Origin: Gemmatimonadota bacterium
Lineage (GTDB): Bacteria > JBHIER01 > G020348925
Length of the DNA: 64,000 nucleotides
Assembly (NCBI GenBank): GCA_020348925.1
Contig: CP070758.1
Location: forward strand, 762,469-826,468
Reading direction: 5' to 3'
Shown in pieces: positions 49,262 through 60,032 of the stretch. Made by a program: the position numbers and the translations under genes. The notes beneath the pieces are model-generated. The model saw only the letters and a program-made list of their open reading frames with translations, searched no databases and was not told where the DNA came from. How positions within the stretch are numbered: the stretch's first letter is position 1; every line of letters starts with the position of its first letter.

Positions 49262-52200
49262 ATGAAAGGTAGACAATCTTTACGAACATCAGGGGTCCGT
49301 CTACTAGTTATGGGGCTCCTGTTTGTTTTTGCAGCCATAATGCTCGGGCTGTTCATGCTTACTCTGAGTCCTGGTGAAAAAGTACTCAAAGGATTTCTTG
49401 AAAAACAGTTGCGACAGAAACTTGGACTGGAAGCTCGGATAGGTAGATGTGAAACGAATCTCCTGTCACGAGTTCAATTTCAAGACGTTTGTGTGTGCGA
49501 TCCCAATTCGGATACCTCGGATACCCTTCTCACCCTGAATCAGGCTCGAATCCAATACAGTCTGGCAAATCTACTTCGTCGCAGACTCTCAATACAGTCA
49601 ATTGATCTTGACGGTTTGAGTATGTCACTGAGCCGGGACAGTACAGGGAGCCTTCATTTCCCCATTGTAAGCGAATCAGCTTCTTCAGATACAGTTTCGC
49701 CGAAGCCTGGATTTTCTGTTCAACTTGATCGTTTTTCTCTCAAACATGCTTCGTTGACATATCAGGATGCTCTCCTGCTGTTGGGTATGTCGGTAGAAAA
49801 TGTATCAAGTACCATAGAACGTCGAGAAGACGAAGCGTATTCCTTTTCCCTGCGTGTTGATTCAGTCGATGTGGGATATCAAGGTATACCACTCTCTGGA
49901 AAAGATTTTGAACTGAGGGGTATCTTGAACGAGCGTCGCATCAGCTTGGATTCATTATCGGCGAATGTGATGCGTTTCGAATTGTCCGGAAAAGGTGAGC
50001 TTGTCCGGGATGAAACACCGTCGTCGGTACGAGGTGATTTTCTTTTGAAGGGAAATCCTGAACGGTTGTTGCAGGCTGTCCACACCTATCTGCCGAAAGG
50101 ACTGACTGTAGGTGAAGGAGATCTGAATCTCGCCCTTCATGTAGACGGGAGCCTTGATCATCCAAAAGCTCTGGCTCACCTCGATCTGCCTCACTTTGAA
50201 ATATACTCCGTTCCCATTCAAAAGGGGCATATTGAGGCTGATGTTGAACCCGGCTTTATCACCATCGGTCAGGCGAAAATGCAGCTTCTCAATGGTGATG
50301 TATCAGCAAAGTGTGATTTGAATCTCGATAGCCTCAGTCTGAATAATCTCGTCGTGAAAGCGGAGCAAGTCCATGTGGCAAAAGTATGGCAGATATTTTA
50401 TGGAGAGAGCTCGCCGTATCAAGGTATCATTAATATGGACGTGGCAGCGTCCGGTATTGGATATTCATTGAAAGACTGGGATGTATCGGCTGATCTCCTC
50501 ATGACGCAGGTGCGATACAGATCTCAGAGACTACCAGATTTTGTGACAAAAATAAAGCTTCGAAACGGAACCGCCGAATTTCTATCCAAGCACAATGATT
50601 TTGTTATCAAGGCTGAGGCGGACGTAACTCAAAGACGACTTACCGGCCGGTTTTCAGTCGACATTTTCAAGTTAGAGACCTTGGCTGAGTTGTTCAATTT
50701 TCAGGAGTTGAGCGGTGCCCTGCAAATTCAGGGTACTGCTGGAGGTGAACTATCAGCTCCAGAGATTTCGGCAAATTTGAGAGGGAAACATATTCAATAC
50801 CAAAATTTTCCTATTGATACACTCCTTGGCGAAATTCAATACGCTCATAACCAGATTCATATTTCCAATATTCTCTTTTCTGGAACTGCAGACACGATAG
50901 ATTCACTGAACGCTCCATTTCATATTCAGCATGTTCGTGGTGGAATGGAATACAAGGGGAGAGCAAGCGGACCAGTGAATGATCTTCATGGTACGCTTGC
51001 AGTCATGCTTAGAGAACTCCGATACGACGATATTGATTTTGATAAGGGGATAATAGAGGTCGAGCTGAAAGAGCAAAAAGTAACACTTTCAACCCTGGAA
51101 TTGCAGAAGGATTCATTGCTTATTCAAGCCGGTGGTGAGTTTACGATTCCTTCATCGAAAGGGGGCTTTACCATTGATTTGCACAAAGTTCCGTCAGGAG
51201 AGGGGACCCAAGAAAGTTCGAAACAGCTTTTTAAGCAGGAGGGAGCAGAAGGCACAGAGCAGAGCCTTGGTATGCTCTCAGGGATGTTTGATATGTCTGA
51301 TAGGGACGCCATCTCTTTTCAAATTGATGGTGATCAATTGGATCTTAAAAGTCTTGAGTTCGTTCTGAACGGTATTCCAGAAATCGGTGGATTGTGTCGC
51401 TTCCATTTCGATTTCGTTGGAAATGGAAATGATCCAAAAGCAGAGCTGATCTTTAACATTACAAAGCCAAGGTATCAACGGATTACGATTGATTCACTCA
51501 AGGGCCATATAGCCTTCAACGAAAATAAGCTTACGCTCCATCTTTTTGAATTATATCACGAGGACCAATATGCATGGGCCGGCGGATTGTTGAGATTGGA
51601 TAAAAAGGAAGATGGTACGTACGGTCTTTCAAAGAGCTGCATAATCAATGGACAGGCGAAGGGGCAGGGTATTGATCTTCGACCCTTGAACCTCTTTTTC
51701 CCCGAGGATATGGAACTGTTCGGTCAAGGCTTTTTTGATCTCAGATGGGATGGAGCAGTGACGGATCCGCATGTAACTGGATTTTTTGAAGTTCAAAAAG
51801 GCACGATGATTCTTGGCTCAGGCAAGCCGACCATAGACAACATACATCTTGCTCTCACCTTGGAGGATTCAGTTTTTATGATTGAAGAGGTTTATGGTGT
51901 GGTTCAAGAAACACCTTTTTCTTTTACAGGTCAAGTCGAAGCTTCGAAGTTGCAGCAATTCAGCCTAACCGCGGCACTATCTGTTTCCGATTATGGAGTC
52001 ATTAACGGAGATGGATATATTTCACCGGACTCTCTAAGATTCAATACCAGTGTTCGCAAAGTGGATCTTTCACTCTTGGGGTCATTTTTCCCTGAGGTGA
52101 AACAATTGTCTGGGAGATTGGGCATTGAAGTTGCCGTGGACGGGTCCATCCGATCTCCATCATTCAATGGAAAATTGGAAATACGTGACTTTTCTCTGAT

Positions 52201-53362
52201 GCCACATTGGTTGACAGAACCTCTCAGCGGCGGTGTGTTGAAAGTGAGGTTTCGACAAAACGAAGTACACGTCGATTCTGTCTTTGCACACATAGGCAGT
52301 GGTGCTGTCCTCATAACTGGGAGTGCCGCCCATACGCACAGGAAATTGACAGATATGAAACTTCAGGCAACCATGCATAACGTCCACATGAGTCGCCCCA
52401 GGGAGTTCGATATCATCATCAAGTCGGCTCAACTCAGTTACACAAAGCAGAATAATCTTTATTACATAGATGGCGATGTCACTTTGGGGGAAACCCGTCT
52501 CACGCATCGTTTTCAGCCCAGGGCAATACTGTCCTTTATGCGGAAAGTTGAGCGACCTGCGCCTACTCCGCCACTCATACTCCAACAGACCCGGTTAAAC
52601 ATCCGTCTCCGTGAGAGTGATCGTATATGGATCGATAACAACCTTGCTCATCTACGATTACGGTCCGAACTCAATTGTATTGGAACGCTTGCCAATCCAA
52701 ACATATCTGGTCGGTTGTCATTTGAGGAGGGGTATGCCCTCTATTTGGATAGAAAGTTTCAGATAAAGCGAGGCATCATGGATTTTGTCAATCCGCACCG
52801 AGTAAACCCAATCGTGGATTTGGCCGCAGAGGCTAATATTAAGAGTTATCAGACCCTCGTAGGAACACCTTATGTGATCACAATTTCAATTAGCGGTCCA
52901 TTGGATGAAGCTGTTGTCAATATTAGCTCCGATCCCCCCCTGGACAAACCGGATATCGTTGCTCTTCTTACGGTTGGTGCTACACGCGGGCAGATGACGG
53001 GAAGGGATAGTGAAGGCGAGGGAACCTCTGTAGGTGAAATTTTGAAGGAGCGACTTGCAGTGCTTTCAAGCCAACGAGTATCGAATTATGCCTCCCGCAA
53101 AGTTGGGACACTCTTGGGATTGGACCAAATGACAATTGAGGGTAATTTATTTCCTTCAGGGAGATCATGGGGTCCTCAACTCTTAGCATCAAAAAAGTTA
53201 TCTGATCGAATGGGGATTACATATACAACGACAGTTGGCCACATGAACGAACAGAGTATTCGCCTCGACTATCGTCTGTCGAGATATTTCTCCGTTGAGG
53301 GGCAGACCGATCAAAGAGGCCGGTCTGGAATGGATTTGAAATATCGTTTAAAATTCAAATGA
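49262..53362 (+). CDS. tamB: TamB/AsmA-like translocation and assembly module protein
   Basis: N-terminal anchor, long beta-rich body, C-terminal DUF490-like region (SSDPPL...DI..LL..G; DL.YR.KF). Confidence 0.8.
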   Translation: MKGRQSLRTSGVRLLVMGLLFVFAAIMLGLFMLTLSPGEKVLKGFLEKQLRQKLGLEARIGRCETNLLSRVQFQDVCVCDPNSDTSDTLLTLNQARIQYSLANLLRRRLSIQSIDLDGLSMSLSRDSTGSLHFPIVSESASSDTVSPKPGFSVQLDRFSLKHASLTYQDALLLLGMSVENVSSTIERREDEAYSFSLRVDSVDVGYQGIPLSGKDFELRGILNERRISLDSLSANVMRFELSGKGELVRDETPSSVRGDFLLKGNPERLLQAVHTYLPKGLTVGEGDLNLALHVDGSLDHPKALAHLDLPHFEIYSVPIQKGHIEADVEPGFITIGQAKMQLLNGDVSAKCDLNLDSLSLNNLVVKAEQVHVAKVWQIFYGESSPYQGIINMDVAASGIGYSLKDWDVSADLLMTQVRYRSQRLPDFVTKIKLRNGTAEFLSKHNDFVIKAEADVTQRRLTGRFSVDIFKLETLAELFNFQELSGALQIQGTAGGELSAPEISANLRGKHIQYQNFPIDTLLGEIQYAHNQIHISNILFSGTADTIDSLNAPFHIQHVRGGMEYKGRASGPVNDLHGTLAVMLRELRYDDIDFDKGIIEVELKEQKVTLSTLELQKDSLLIQAGGEFTIPSSKGGFTIDLHKVPSGEGTQESSKQLFKQEGAEGTEQSLGMLSGMFDMSDRDAISFQIDGDQLDLKSLEFVLNGIPEIGGLCRFHFDFVGNGNDPKAELIFNITKPRYQRITIDSLKGHIAFNENKLTLHLFELYHEDQYAWAGGLLRLDKKEDGTYGLSKSCIINGQAKGQGIDLRPLNLFFPEDMELFGQGFFDLRWDGAVTDPHVTGFFEVQKGTMILGSGKPTIDNIHLALTLEDSVFMIEEVYGVVQETPFSFTGQVEASKLQQFSLTAALSVSDYGVINGDGYISPDSLRFNTSVRKVDLSLLGSFFPEVKQLSGRLGIEVAVDGSIRSPSFNGKLEIRDFSLMPHWLTEPLSGGVLKVRFRQNEVHVDSVFAHIGSGAVLITGSAAHTHRKLTDMKLQATMHNVHMSRPREFDIIIKSAQLSYTKQNNLYYIDGDVTLGETRLTHRFQPRAILSFMRKVERPAPTPPLILQQTRLNIRLRESDRIWIDNNLAHLRLRSELNCIGTLANPNISGRLSFEEGYALYLDRKFQIKRGIMDFVNPHRVNPIVDLAAEANIKSYQTLVGTPYVITISISGPLDEAVVNISSDPPLDKPDIVALLTVGATRGQMTGRDSEGEGTSVGEILKERLAVLSSQRVSNYASRKVGTLLGLDQMTIEGNLFPSGRSWGPQLLASKKLSDRMGITYTTTVGHMNEQSIRLDYRLSRYFSVEGQTDQRGRSGMDLKYRLKFK

Positions 53363-55155
53363 AATCTTTCGAGATAAAAGTTACCATCTTTATGTTCCTT
53401 ATTCTGTGTGCAGGTGTGAGTACTGTATTCGCCGAAGCACCATCAAAAATGAAAATCGAATCGGTCCATTTCGAGGGTAACAATGCTTTTCAGGCGAAAC
53501 GCCTCTACAAAGTTATGGTCTCACGTCCATCATCTTTCTTGAATCCTTCCAGGTACTATCCCGAGGTCTTTCAGGATGATCTAAAAAACATCGAACTGTT
53601 TTACAGGCAACGGGGTTACCTGGAAGCTCACATTGTCAATTCGACCGTTCAAGAGGACACAATTGAGCATCGCGTACATCTTTTCATACAAATTTCTGAG
53701 GGAGAGCGAACGTATGTGGAGGGTGTGGGGATCTTCGGAAATCAAGTGTATTCTGATACGTTGTTGCACGAACACATTACGATACAAAAAGGTGATGCTC
53801 TTGAACAAAAAAAAATTGAGAAGTCCACTATTCATCTGTTAACTCTCTATGCGAATAACGGATATCTGAATGCTCAGGTTGAACCATCTATCCGTGTGAG
53901 CACCGAAACTCACAGAGCTGTGATTGATTTCAATATTCTTGAGGGGGTACAATTTCGGATTGCCCAAATCGCACTCACTGGGTCACAAAAAACACGCCAG
54001 AAGGTGATCCGTAGAGAGTTACGGTTTCGGTCTGGAGAAATTGTGGATTATTCTCGCTTGCTGGAATCGCAACGCCGTCTCTATTTGACGGGCTTGTTTC
54101 AGAGTGTATTTGTCCACCCCAAAACAGCAGTTGGTGGCGATTCAACAAAAAAAGATATACTCATTGAGTTGCATGAAAATATGTCTGGTGAGTTCAATGT
54201 TGCTCTTGGGTTTGGTTCGGTTGAAAAAGCCCGTGGGAAAGTGGAAGTGTTCAATCACAATCTGTGGGGAACGGCCCGCCAGATCGGTCTGGTCACGAAG
54301 CTGAGTTTCATAGGTCGTAGTGTTGAAGCATCATTCACCGAACCATGGACTTTTGGTACTCGATGGCGCACGGACGTAAATACCGCTACCGAATATAAAG
54401 AAGAACCCGGCTATAATCTCAATCAAGTGGGCGGACGCATTATGATCGGCCGGCAATTCTTGAAACGTTCGAATCTCACGCTGACGTATCGTCGGGAACG
54501 AGTGAATTTAAGCGATATTCAGGTGCGTACGATCCCAGGTGAGAGAAAAACGAATACGAATGGTCTGAAACTCTCTCTTATCTACGACACGCGTGACAAT
54601 CTTTTCAATTCTACGAGTGGTGCATATTTCGAATGGAGCAATGAAGTGGGACAATTCTTTTCGAGCACCACAAAGGGCTTTTTCCGATCGAATATCCAGT
54701 TCAAATTTTTTCGTTCCCTCAGTCGTTCGACCGTACTGGGGAGTTCGTTGGAATTGGGATGGATGAATGCCCGGAGTGGCATACGTTCGATTCCTTTGCA
54801 TGAGCGTTTTTACGCCGGTGGCCCAAATGTTCTGCGAGGTTTTGAATACCAAAAGATTGGACCGATAGATGGGAACAGAAATCCCCTTGGCGGAAGGCTA
54901 AAATTTACGTGGAATTGTTTCGAGTTTCGACGCACAATATATAGAATGATTGGCCTGACGTTGTTTACAGATATGGGATCAGTCTGGGATAATCCCGAGC
55001 GTATTCGGATGAATGATTTTCGTATATCACCCGGAATCGGATTTCGGGTGAACACTCCTATTGGATTGGCTCGATTAGATTTTGGAATCAACATCGACAG
55101 AAATAAAGGTGAGCCTGGTTCAAAGTTGTATTTCAGTATGGGACAGGCTTTTTAG
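53359..55155 (+). CDS. Omp85 family (TamA/BamA-like) protein with about three POTRA domains
   Basis: FEGN, Y..RGY, ERFYAGG...LRGF, TPIG..RLD.G, ends GQAF; overlaps tamB stop. Confidence 0.9.
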   Translation: MKSFEIKVTIFMFLILCAGVSTVFAEAPSKMKIESVHFEGNNAFQAKRLYKVMVSRPSSFLNPSRYYPEVFQDDLKNIELFYRQRGYLEAHIVNSTVQEDTIEHRVHLFIQISEGERTYVEGVGIFGNQVYSDTLLHEHITIQKGDALEQKKIEKSTIHLLTLYANNGYLNAQVEPSIRVSTETHRAVIDFNILEGVQFRIAQIALTGSQKTRQKVIRRELRFRSGEIVDYSRLLESQRRLYLTGLFQSVFVHPKTAVGGDSTKKDILIELHENMSGEFNVALGFGSVEKARGKVEVFNHNLWGTARQIGLVTKLSFIGRSVEASFTEPWTFGTRWRTDVNTATEYKEEPGYNLNQVGGRIMIGRQFLKRSNLTLTYRRERVNLSDIQVRTIPGERKTNTNGLKLSLIYDTRDNLFNSTSGAYFEWSNEVGQFFSSTTKGFFRSNIQFKFFRSLSRSTVLGSSLELGWMNARSGIRSIPLHERFYAGGPNVLRGFEYQKIGPIDGNRNPLGGRLKFTWNCFEFRRTIYRMIGLTLFTDMGSVWDNPERIRMNDFRISPGIGFRVNTPIGLARLDFGINIDRNKGEPGSKLYFSMGQAF

Positions 55156-55275
55156 GACTCAGGATGCTCTTCAATAAAAACATTGTTGGAAAAGGAAGGA
55201 TTGAGTTTTATTCTGTTTATGATTCCGCCTTCGAAAAAGGCATGGTACCAGTGACAGCATAATGAGGAGGATGTT

Positions 55276-55980
55276 ATGAGTTTCGTTCTCTTGATTCTAT
55301 TTATCGGAGTGTCCTTTCTGATTGTAAGGGCGGGGGCGGTCGCATTCAAGATGACTGGTATGAGTTGGCAGCACGCCAAGTTTCAGGCGTTGTCTGCCTT
55401 TTCAGGCACGGGCTTCACAACAAAAGAGGCAGAATCGGTGGTCAATCATCCGCAGAGACGAAAAATTGCCACATGGCTCATGATCTTCGGGAACGCGGGT
55501 ATCGTCTCAGTCATTGCCACATCCGTTGTTTCCATGCGAAGTGGTGGTATTTTCAGAACTTCACTGACTATCGTTATTGTCGCCCTGACAATCTTTATCA
55601 TACTAAGAATCGCTTCCCGAAGAGATTTCATGAAAAAGTTGACTCAAAAAATCGAGGAAAAATTGGCGGAAAAGACAGAGTTGAAGAAAGTCTCTATTGA
55701 GGAGGTCCTCGAGCAGGCCGAAGGGTACGGGGTGACGAGAATAACTGTTGATGATCAATTTTGTGAGCGTGATAAAACACTCATTGAAGCGCACTTGAAG
55801 GAGCGAGATATCCTTGTTCTTTCAATTGAACGCGGCGAGGATATCTTTCCGAATCCGAAAGCCACGATGAAAATTCAACTCGGTGATACCCTGACCTGTT
55901 TCGGCAAATTGGAGGGCATGCGTCAGATGGTGGGAAGTACAAAAGAGCAATCCGATGAAACGTTCGGAGCGGATGTGTGA
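55276..55980 (+). CDS. Small membrane protein with TrkA-C domain
   Basis: TG.S...A.FQA.SAFSGTGFTT.EAE.VV.HP.RR; C-terminal TrkA-C. Confidence 0.8.
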   Translation: MSFVLLILFIGVSFLIVRAGAVAFKMTGMSWQHAKFQALSAFSGTGFTTKEAESVVNHPQRRKIATWLMIFGNAGIVSVIATSVVSMRSGGIFRTSLTIVIVALTIFIILRIASRRDFMKKLTQKIEEKLAEKTELKKVSIEEVLEQAEGYGVTRITVDDQFCERDKTLIEAHLKERDILVLSIERGEDIFPNPKATMKIQLGDTLTCFGKLEGMRQMVGSTKEQSDETFGADV

Positions 55981-57008
55981 AGATCCACAAGGAATTCGCC
56001 ACGGGAAAACTGAATACCGATTCTTTGGGAGCTCTTCTCAAGAGATACTGCCACGTCGACGAAAGTGTGATTGTCGGACCGAAGATCGGGGAGGATGCGG
56101 CGGTGATCGATTTGGGTGACCGCTGCCTGGTGGCGACGACGGACCCGATCACCTTCGCCACGGACGAGATCGGATGGTATTCCGTTCATATTAACGCCAA
56201 CGATATTGCATCGATGGGAGCGAAACCGAAATGGTTTTTGGCTACTGTTCTCCTGCCGGAGGGCGAGACGTCCGAAGCGCTCGTGGAGTCAATATTTTCA
56301 CAGATTTCCTCGGCCTGTCAGAACCTCGGTATTTCTCTGTGCGGGGGCCATACTGAGATTACGAGCGGTATAGACAGAACGATTGTTGTCGGTCACATGT
56401 TGGGGGAAGTGGCGAAGTCAAAACTGGTGATTTCGGCTGGAGCTCGCAGTGGGGATAACATCCTTCTGACCAAGGGAATTGCTATTGAGGCAACATCCAT
56501 CATGGCTCGAGAGAGGCGTGAAGAGTTGGGACATGACTTTTCGCACGAGTTTCTGGAGAGATGCCGAGGATTTCTCCGTGATCCCGGGATTGGTGTTGTC
56601 TTGGATGCTGAGATTGCGACACAATCGGCAGACGTTCATGCCATGCACGATCCAACAGAGGGTGGACTGGCCATGGGCTTGTACGAATTGTGTGAAGCTG
56701 CTGATGTGGGGGTACTCATCAAAAAGGAACATATTCCCATTTTTCCCGAAACGATGCAACTGTGCAACCACTTCCATCTCGACCCGCTGGGTTCCATAGC
56801 TTCCGGAGCATTGTTGATATGTCTGGCCTCTGAGGACACAGCGAATGTGGTCGAAGCCCTTCAGTCTGAAGGTGTGCGGGCATCGGTCATCGGCACCGTC
56901 ACGGACAGAAAATTCGGAGTGAAGATGGAGGACGAGGGGAAAATTCGCGACCTGCCCAGATTTGAAAGAGATGAGATAACGAAGCTTTTTGAGCCTGTGA
57001 GACGCTGA
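55977..57008 (+). CDS. AIR synthase-related protein (HypE/PurM superfamily)
   Basis: GEDAAV, TDPIT, NANDIA, GGHTE, MHDPTEGG; lacks HypE terminal PRIC. Confidence 0.85.
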   Translation: MKIHKEFATGKLNTDSLGALLKRYCHVDESVIVGPKIGEDAAVIDLGDRCLVATTDPITFATDEIGWYSVHINANDIASMGAKPKWFLATVLLPEGETSEALVESIFSQISSACQNLGISLCGGHTEITSGIDRTIVVGHMLGEVAKSKLVISAGARSGDNILLTKGIAIEATSIMARERREELGHDFSHEFLERCRGFLRDPGIGVVLDAEIATQSADVHAMHDPTEGGLAMGLYELCEAADVGVLIKKEHIPIFPETMQLCNHFHLDPLGSIASGALLICLASEDTANVVEALQSEGVRASVIGTVTDRKFGVKMEDEGKIRDLPRFERDEITKLFEPVRR

Positions 57009-57016
57009 GATTAAAG

Positions 57017-57886
57017 GTGGAAAACAGACCAGATGTAAGGCAGGCTCACTCCCGGAGGAAACATTTGTTCCATTCGATCTATAAAGATTTTTTACGGTTT
57101 TTGGACGCTCTTGAAACTGAAGGCGCTTGGGAGGCATATACAAAGTACTATTATGATCCACATAAGGAATTCCTTGATAGCTATTGGCGTACATTTCGAT
57201 GGATGGATCTTCATCAAATTCAGCAGAGAGTGACAAAAGTGAAGAAGCAGGATTATTCGACCTTAGTGCGTCTTCTGTCTGAGATTGATCTTGAAAATAC
57301 GGTGAAGAACGTCCTGGCGAAGTGTACGAATGTTTTGGAAATTCAGGAGGAACCTGCGGTCTACTTCATGGTCGGATTTTTCAGCGCCGATGGATTTGTG
57401 CTTGAACACAAGGGCAAACCTGTTATAGGGTTTGGCCTTGAACGATTCAAGAGCTGGAGGCTCCTGCCCCTTCTGTTTGCCCATGAATATGCCCATTTTC
57501 TGCGCCATGTCCTCAGGAGCGATGAGCCGTATATTTGTGACGGAGTTGATGGTGTGAGCCGTTCTCTTCTTTCTGAGGGTATTTCGATGGTCTTTTCAGA
57601 GGTCGTGTTTCCCGAGTATGCTTTGAATGACCACCTCTTTCTTTCGAGAGAACGGCTTCTCTGGTGTCAGGAGAATGATGAATATTTGAGGGACCTGGTG
57701 GGACAAGCGCTGAAGGGCGAATGGGATGTAGCGTTAGTACGGAATGGCGATGCCAAAATCGGAGTGCCTCCGCGAGTCGGAAACTATATCGGGTATAACT
57801 TCGTGAAAAGATTCCTTGAGAAACAGGGTGTCTCGAGGATTCATTCGCTGCTGAGCTTGAGAGATTTCCATGAATTGGTGGACTAA
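57017..57886 (+). CDS. Putative Zn-dependent protease (DUF2268-like)
   Basis: HEYAH, downstream SEG, P.RVG.YIGY..V. Confidence 0.6.
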   Translation: MENRPDVRQAHSRRKHLFHSIYKDFLRFLDALETEGAWEAYTKYYYDPHKEFLDSYWRTFRWMDLHQIQQRVTKVKKQDYSTLVRLLSEIDLENTVKNVLAKCTNVLEIQEEPAVYFMVGFFSADGFVLEHKGKPVIGFGLERFKSWRLLPLLFAHEYAHFLRHVLRSDEPYICDGVDGVSRSLLSEGISMVFSEVVFPEYALNDHLFLSRERLLWCQENDEYLRDLVGQALKGEWDVALVRNGDAKIGVPPRVGNYIGYNFVKRFLEKQGVSRIHSLLSLRDFHELVD

Positions 57887-57978
57887 ATGTCTCCCAACAG
57901 GTTAGAATATTCCAGAGTTCGACAGAAGGATGTCGTAGATTCTTGGAGATACACAATTTGTACCGCGTCGAATTCGTC

Positions 57979-58006
57979 TTGACATTCTCAGAGTTCATTA
58001 TATCTT
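57979..58006 (+). promoter_or_regulatory. Sigma70-type promoter of tRNA-Leu/tig
   Basis: TTGACA-16 nt-TATCTT about 20 nt before the tRNA. Confidence 0.6.
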
Positions 58007-58025
58007 TTGGGGTTCAAAGAAGCTT

Positions 58026-58107
<82 letters not shown>

Positions 58108-58245
58108 TTCGTGGTGTTCTTTGCACATCGTACGGAGCGTGTCTTCTTCGGGAAATATGAGATGCCCTGCGATGGACAAACATGCGTCTTGCCTGGGTCT
58201 GCAGGCGACAACGTAACCATAAGTATAGGAAGGAAGTTGAGATTT

Positions 58246-59448
58246 ATGAAAGTTGCTGTATCGGAACCGAAAGCTGGACAGAAATTGTTGGAAATAGAGG
58301 TGCCGATTGAAAGGGTTGAGGGTGCGCTCAAGGCTGCGTATGAGGATTATCGTAAAAAAGCTCGACTTCCAGGTTTTCGGAAGGGGAAAGCCCCTTTGGA
58401 TATCATCAAGTCGAGATTTGGCCGGGCTATTGAGAGCGAAGTCATCGACGACCTCATTTCTGAGACGTATAACGATGCCCAGAGTAAGGAGGGGATCAGG
58501 CCCGCTGGTGCGGCGAAGGTCGAAAGTGTAGAATATGAGTCAGGAAAACCCTTGCGGTACAAGGCTACTGTTGAAGTGATGCCGGATATAACCCTGAAAG
58601 AGTACAGGGGTATTGAAGTAACAAAGGAGATCCCGAACATTACAGACGAAGATGTGGATGCCGCGCTCGAATCTCTCAGAGATCAATACGCCGAAGTCGT
58701 CGGTGTCGATGATGAAGCACAAGAGGGCCACTTCGTCGTCGCTGACATACAGGCCGTTGATCGAGGTCATGTGCCCATTGTCGGCGATAAAGTGGAAAAT
58801 GCCGATTTTCAGTTGGGGAAGAGCCCTTTTGGTCCGGAATTCGACAAAGAGCTGGTCGGGATGAAGCGTTGTGAAGATCGGGTTGTGAAAATTACATATC
58901 CCAAAGATCATCACGATCCCAAGGTGGCCGGAAGCGAGCATTTTTTTTCCGTGAAAATGAAGGAGGTGAAGGAGAAGAAACTGCCTGAATTGAATGATGA
59001 TTTGGCCAAGACTGTGGGAGGCATGAATACTTTGGAGGATCTTCGGAGGAGAGTGGAAGAGGAGCTGGTACGAAGAGCGGAGTTCGAGGCGGAGAGAAAC
59101 GTCAGAGATCAGATTTCGGATCGTCTCGTAAAGGACAATCCTGTGACAGTTCCGGAGGGGATGGTCAACCGGTTTTTAGACTCGTTCATTGCGGATATTC
59201 GGGAGAAGTCCCGGGAACCTTTTGATGAGGAAGTACTGAGAAACAGATACCGTCCTTTTGCCATGAATCAGATCCGACTCCACCTCATTCTCGAGGAGAT
59301 TGGCCAACACGAGCGTATCGAGGGCGGTGAGGAAAAGATTATGAATTATTTGATTGAAAAGGCGGAGATAAGTGAGGTAGAGCCTGTCCGGAAAGAAGGA
59401 GCGTCCTCTCTTATTGTCCAGCCGCCAACGTCGAAGGAGAAACTATGA
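58246..59448 (+). CDS. tig: Trigger factor
   Basis: PGFRKGKAP; the track's N-terminal extension overlaps the tRNA, so start set at ATG 58246. Confidence 0.95.
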   Translation: MKVAVSEPKAGQKLLEIEVPIERVEGALKAAYEDYRKKARLPGFRKGKAPLDIIKSRFGRAIESEVIDDLISETYNDAQSKEGIRPAGAAKVESVEYESGKPLRYKATVEVMPDITLKEYRGIEVTKEIPNITDEDVDAALESLRDQYAEVVGVDDEAQEGHFVVADIQAVDRGHVPIVGDKVENADFQLGKSPFGPEFDKELVGMKRCEDRVVKITYPKDHHDPKVAGSEHFFSVKMKEVKEKKLPELNDDLAKTVGGMNTLEDLRRRVEEELVRRAEFEAERNVRDQISDRLVKDNPVTVPEGMVNRFLDSFIADIREKSREPFDEEVLRNRYRPFAMNQIRLHLILEEIGQHERIEGGEEKIMNYLIEKAEISEVEPVRKEGASSLIVQPPTSKEKL

Positions 59449-60032
59449 ACCTCATTCCTATTGTGGTTGAACAGACGGGCCGAGGGGAAAGGGCGTATGA
59501 TATTTACTCACGACTCCTGAAAGACAGGATCATCTTTATTGGAACACCCATCGATGACACGGTCTCAAACCTTGTGATTGCTCAGTTGCTCTTTCTGGAG
59601 GCTGAAGCTCCGGACAAGGATGTGCATCTCTATGTTAACAGTCCCGGTGGTCTGATATCGTCGGGGCTGGCCATTTATGATACGATGCAATATATCAAAC
59701 CGGATGTCCGTACGACATGCATGGGGCAGGCTGCGAGCATGGGAGCTGTGCTTTTGGCCGGCGGTACAAAGGGGAAACGATCCGCGCTGCCCAACGCTCG
59801 GGTGATGATCCATCAGCCTCTCGGCGGTGCTCAGGGAATGGCCAGCGATATCGAGATCATTACGCGTGAGATCCTGACTCTGCGGGAGAGGATCAATGAG
59901 ATCTTAGTCCAACATACCGGCCAATCTTTAGAAAAGATTCAACAGGATACCGACCGGAATTATTTTATGTCGGCTTTAGAAGCGAAGGAGTACGGTATCA
60001 TCGATGAGGTGATCGAAGAGGAGATCAAGTGA
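59445..60032 (+). CDS. clpP: ATP-dependent Clp protease proteolytic subunit
   Basis: [24 protein letters not shown]. Confidence 0.98.
   Translation: MNLIPIVVEQTGRGERAYDIYSRLLKDRIIFIGTPIDDTVSNLVIAQLLFLEAEAPDKDVHLYVNSPGGLISSGLAIYDTMQYIKPDVRTTCMGQAASMGAVLLAGGTKGKRSALPNARVMIHQPLGGAQGMASDIEIITREILTLRERINEILVQHTGQSLEKIQQDTDRNYFMSALEAKEYGIIDEVIEEEIK

Noticed and set aside
55977-57008. hypE hydrogenase maturation gene
   Set aside because: No C-terminal PRIC cysteine and no hyp or hydrogenase genes nearby
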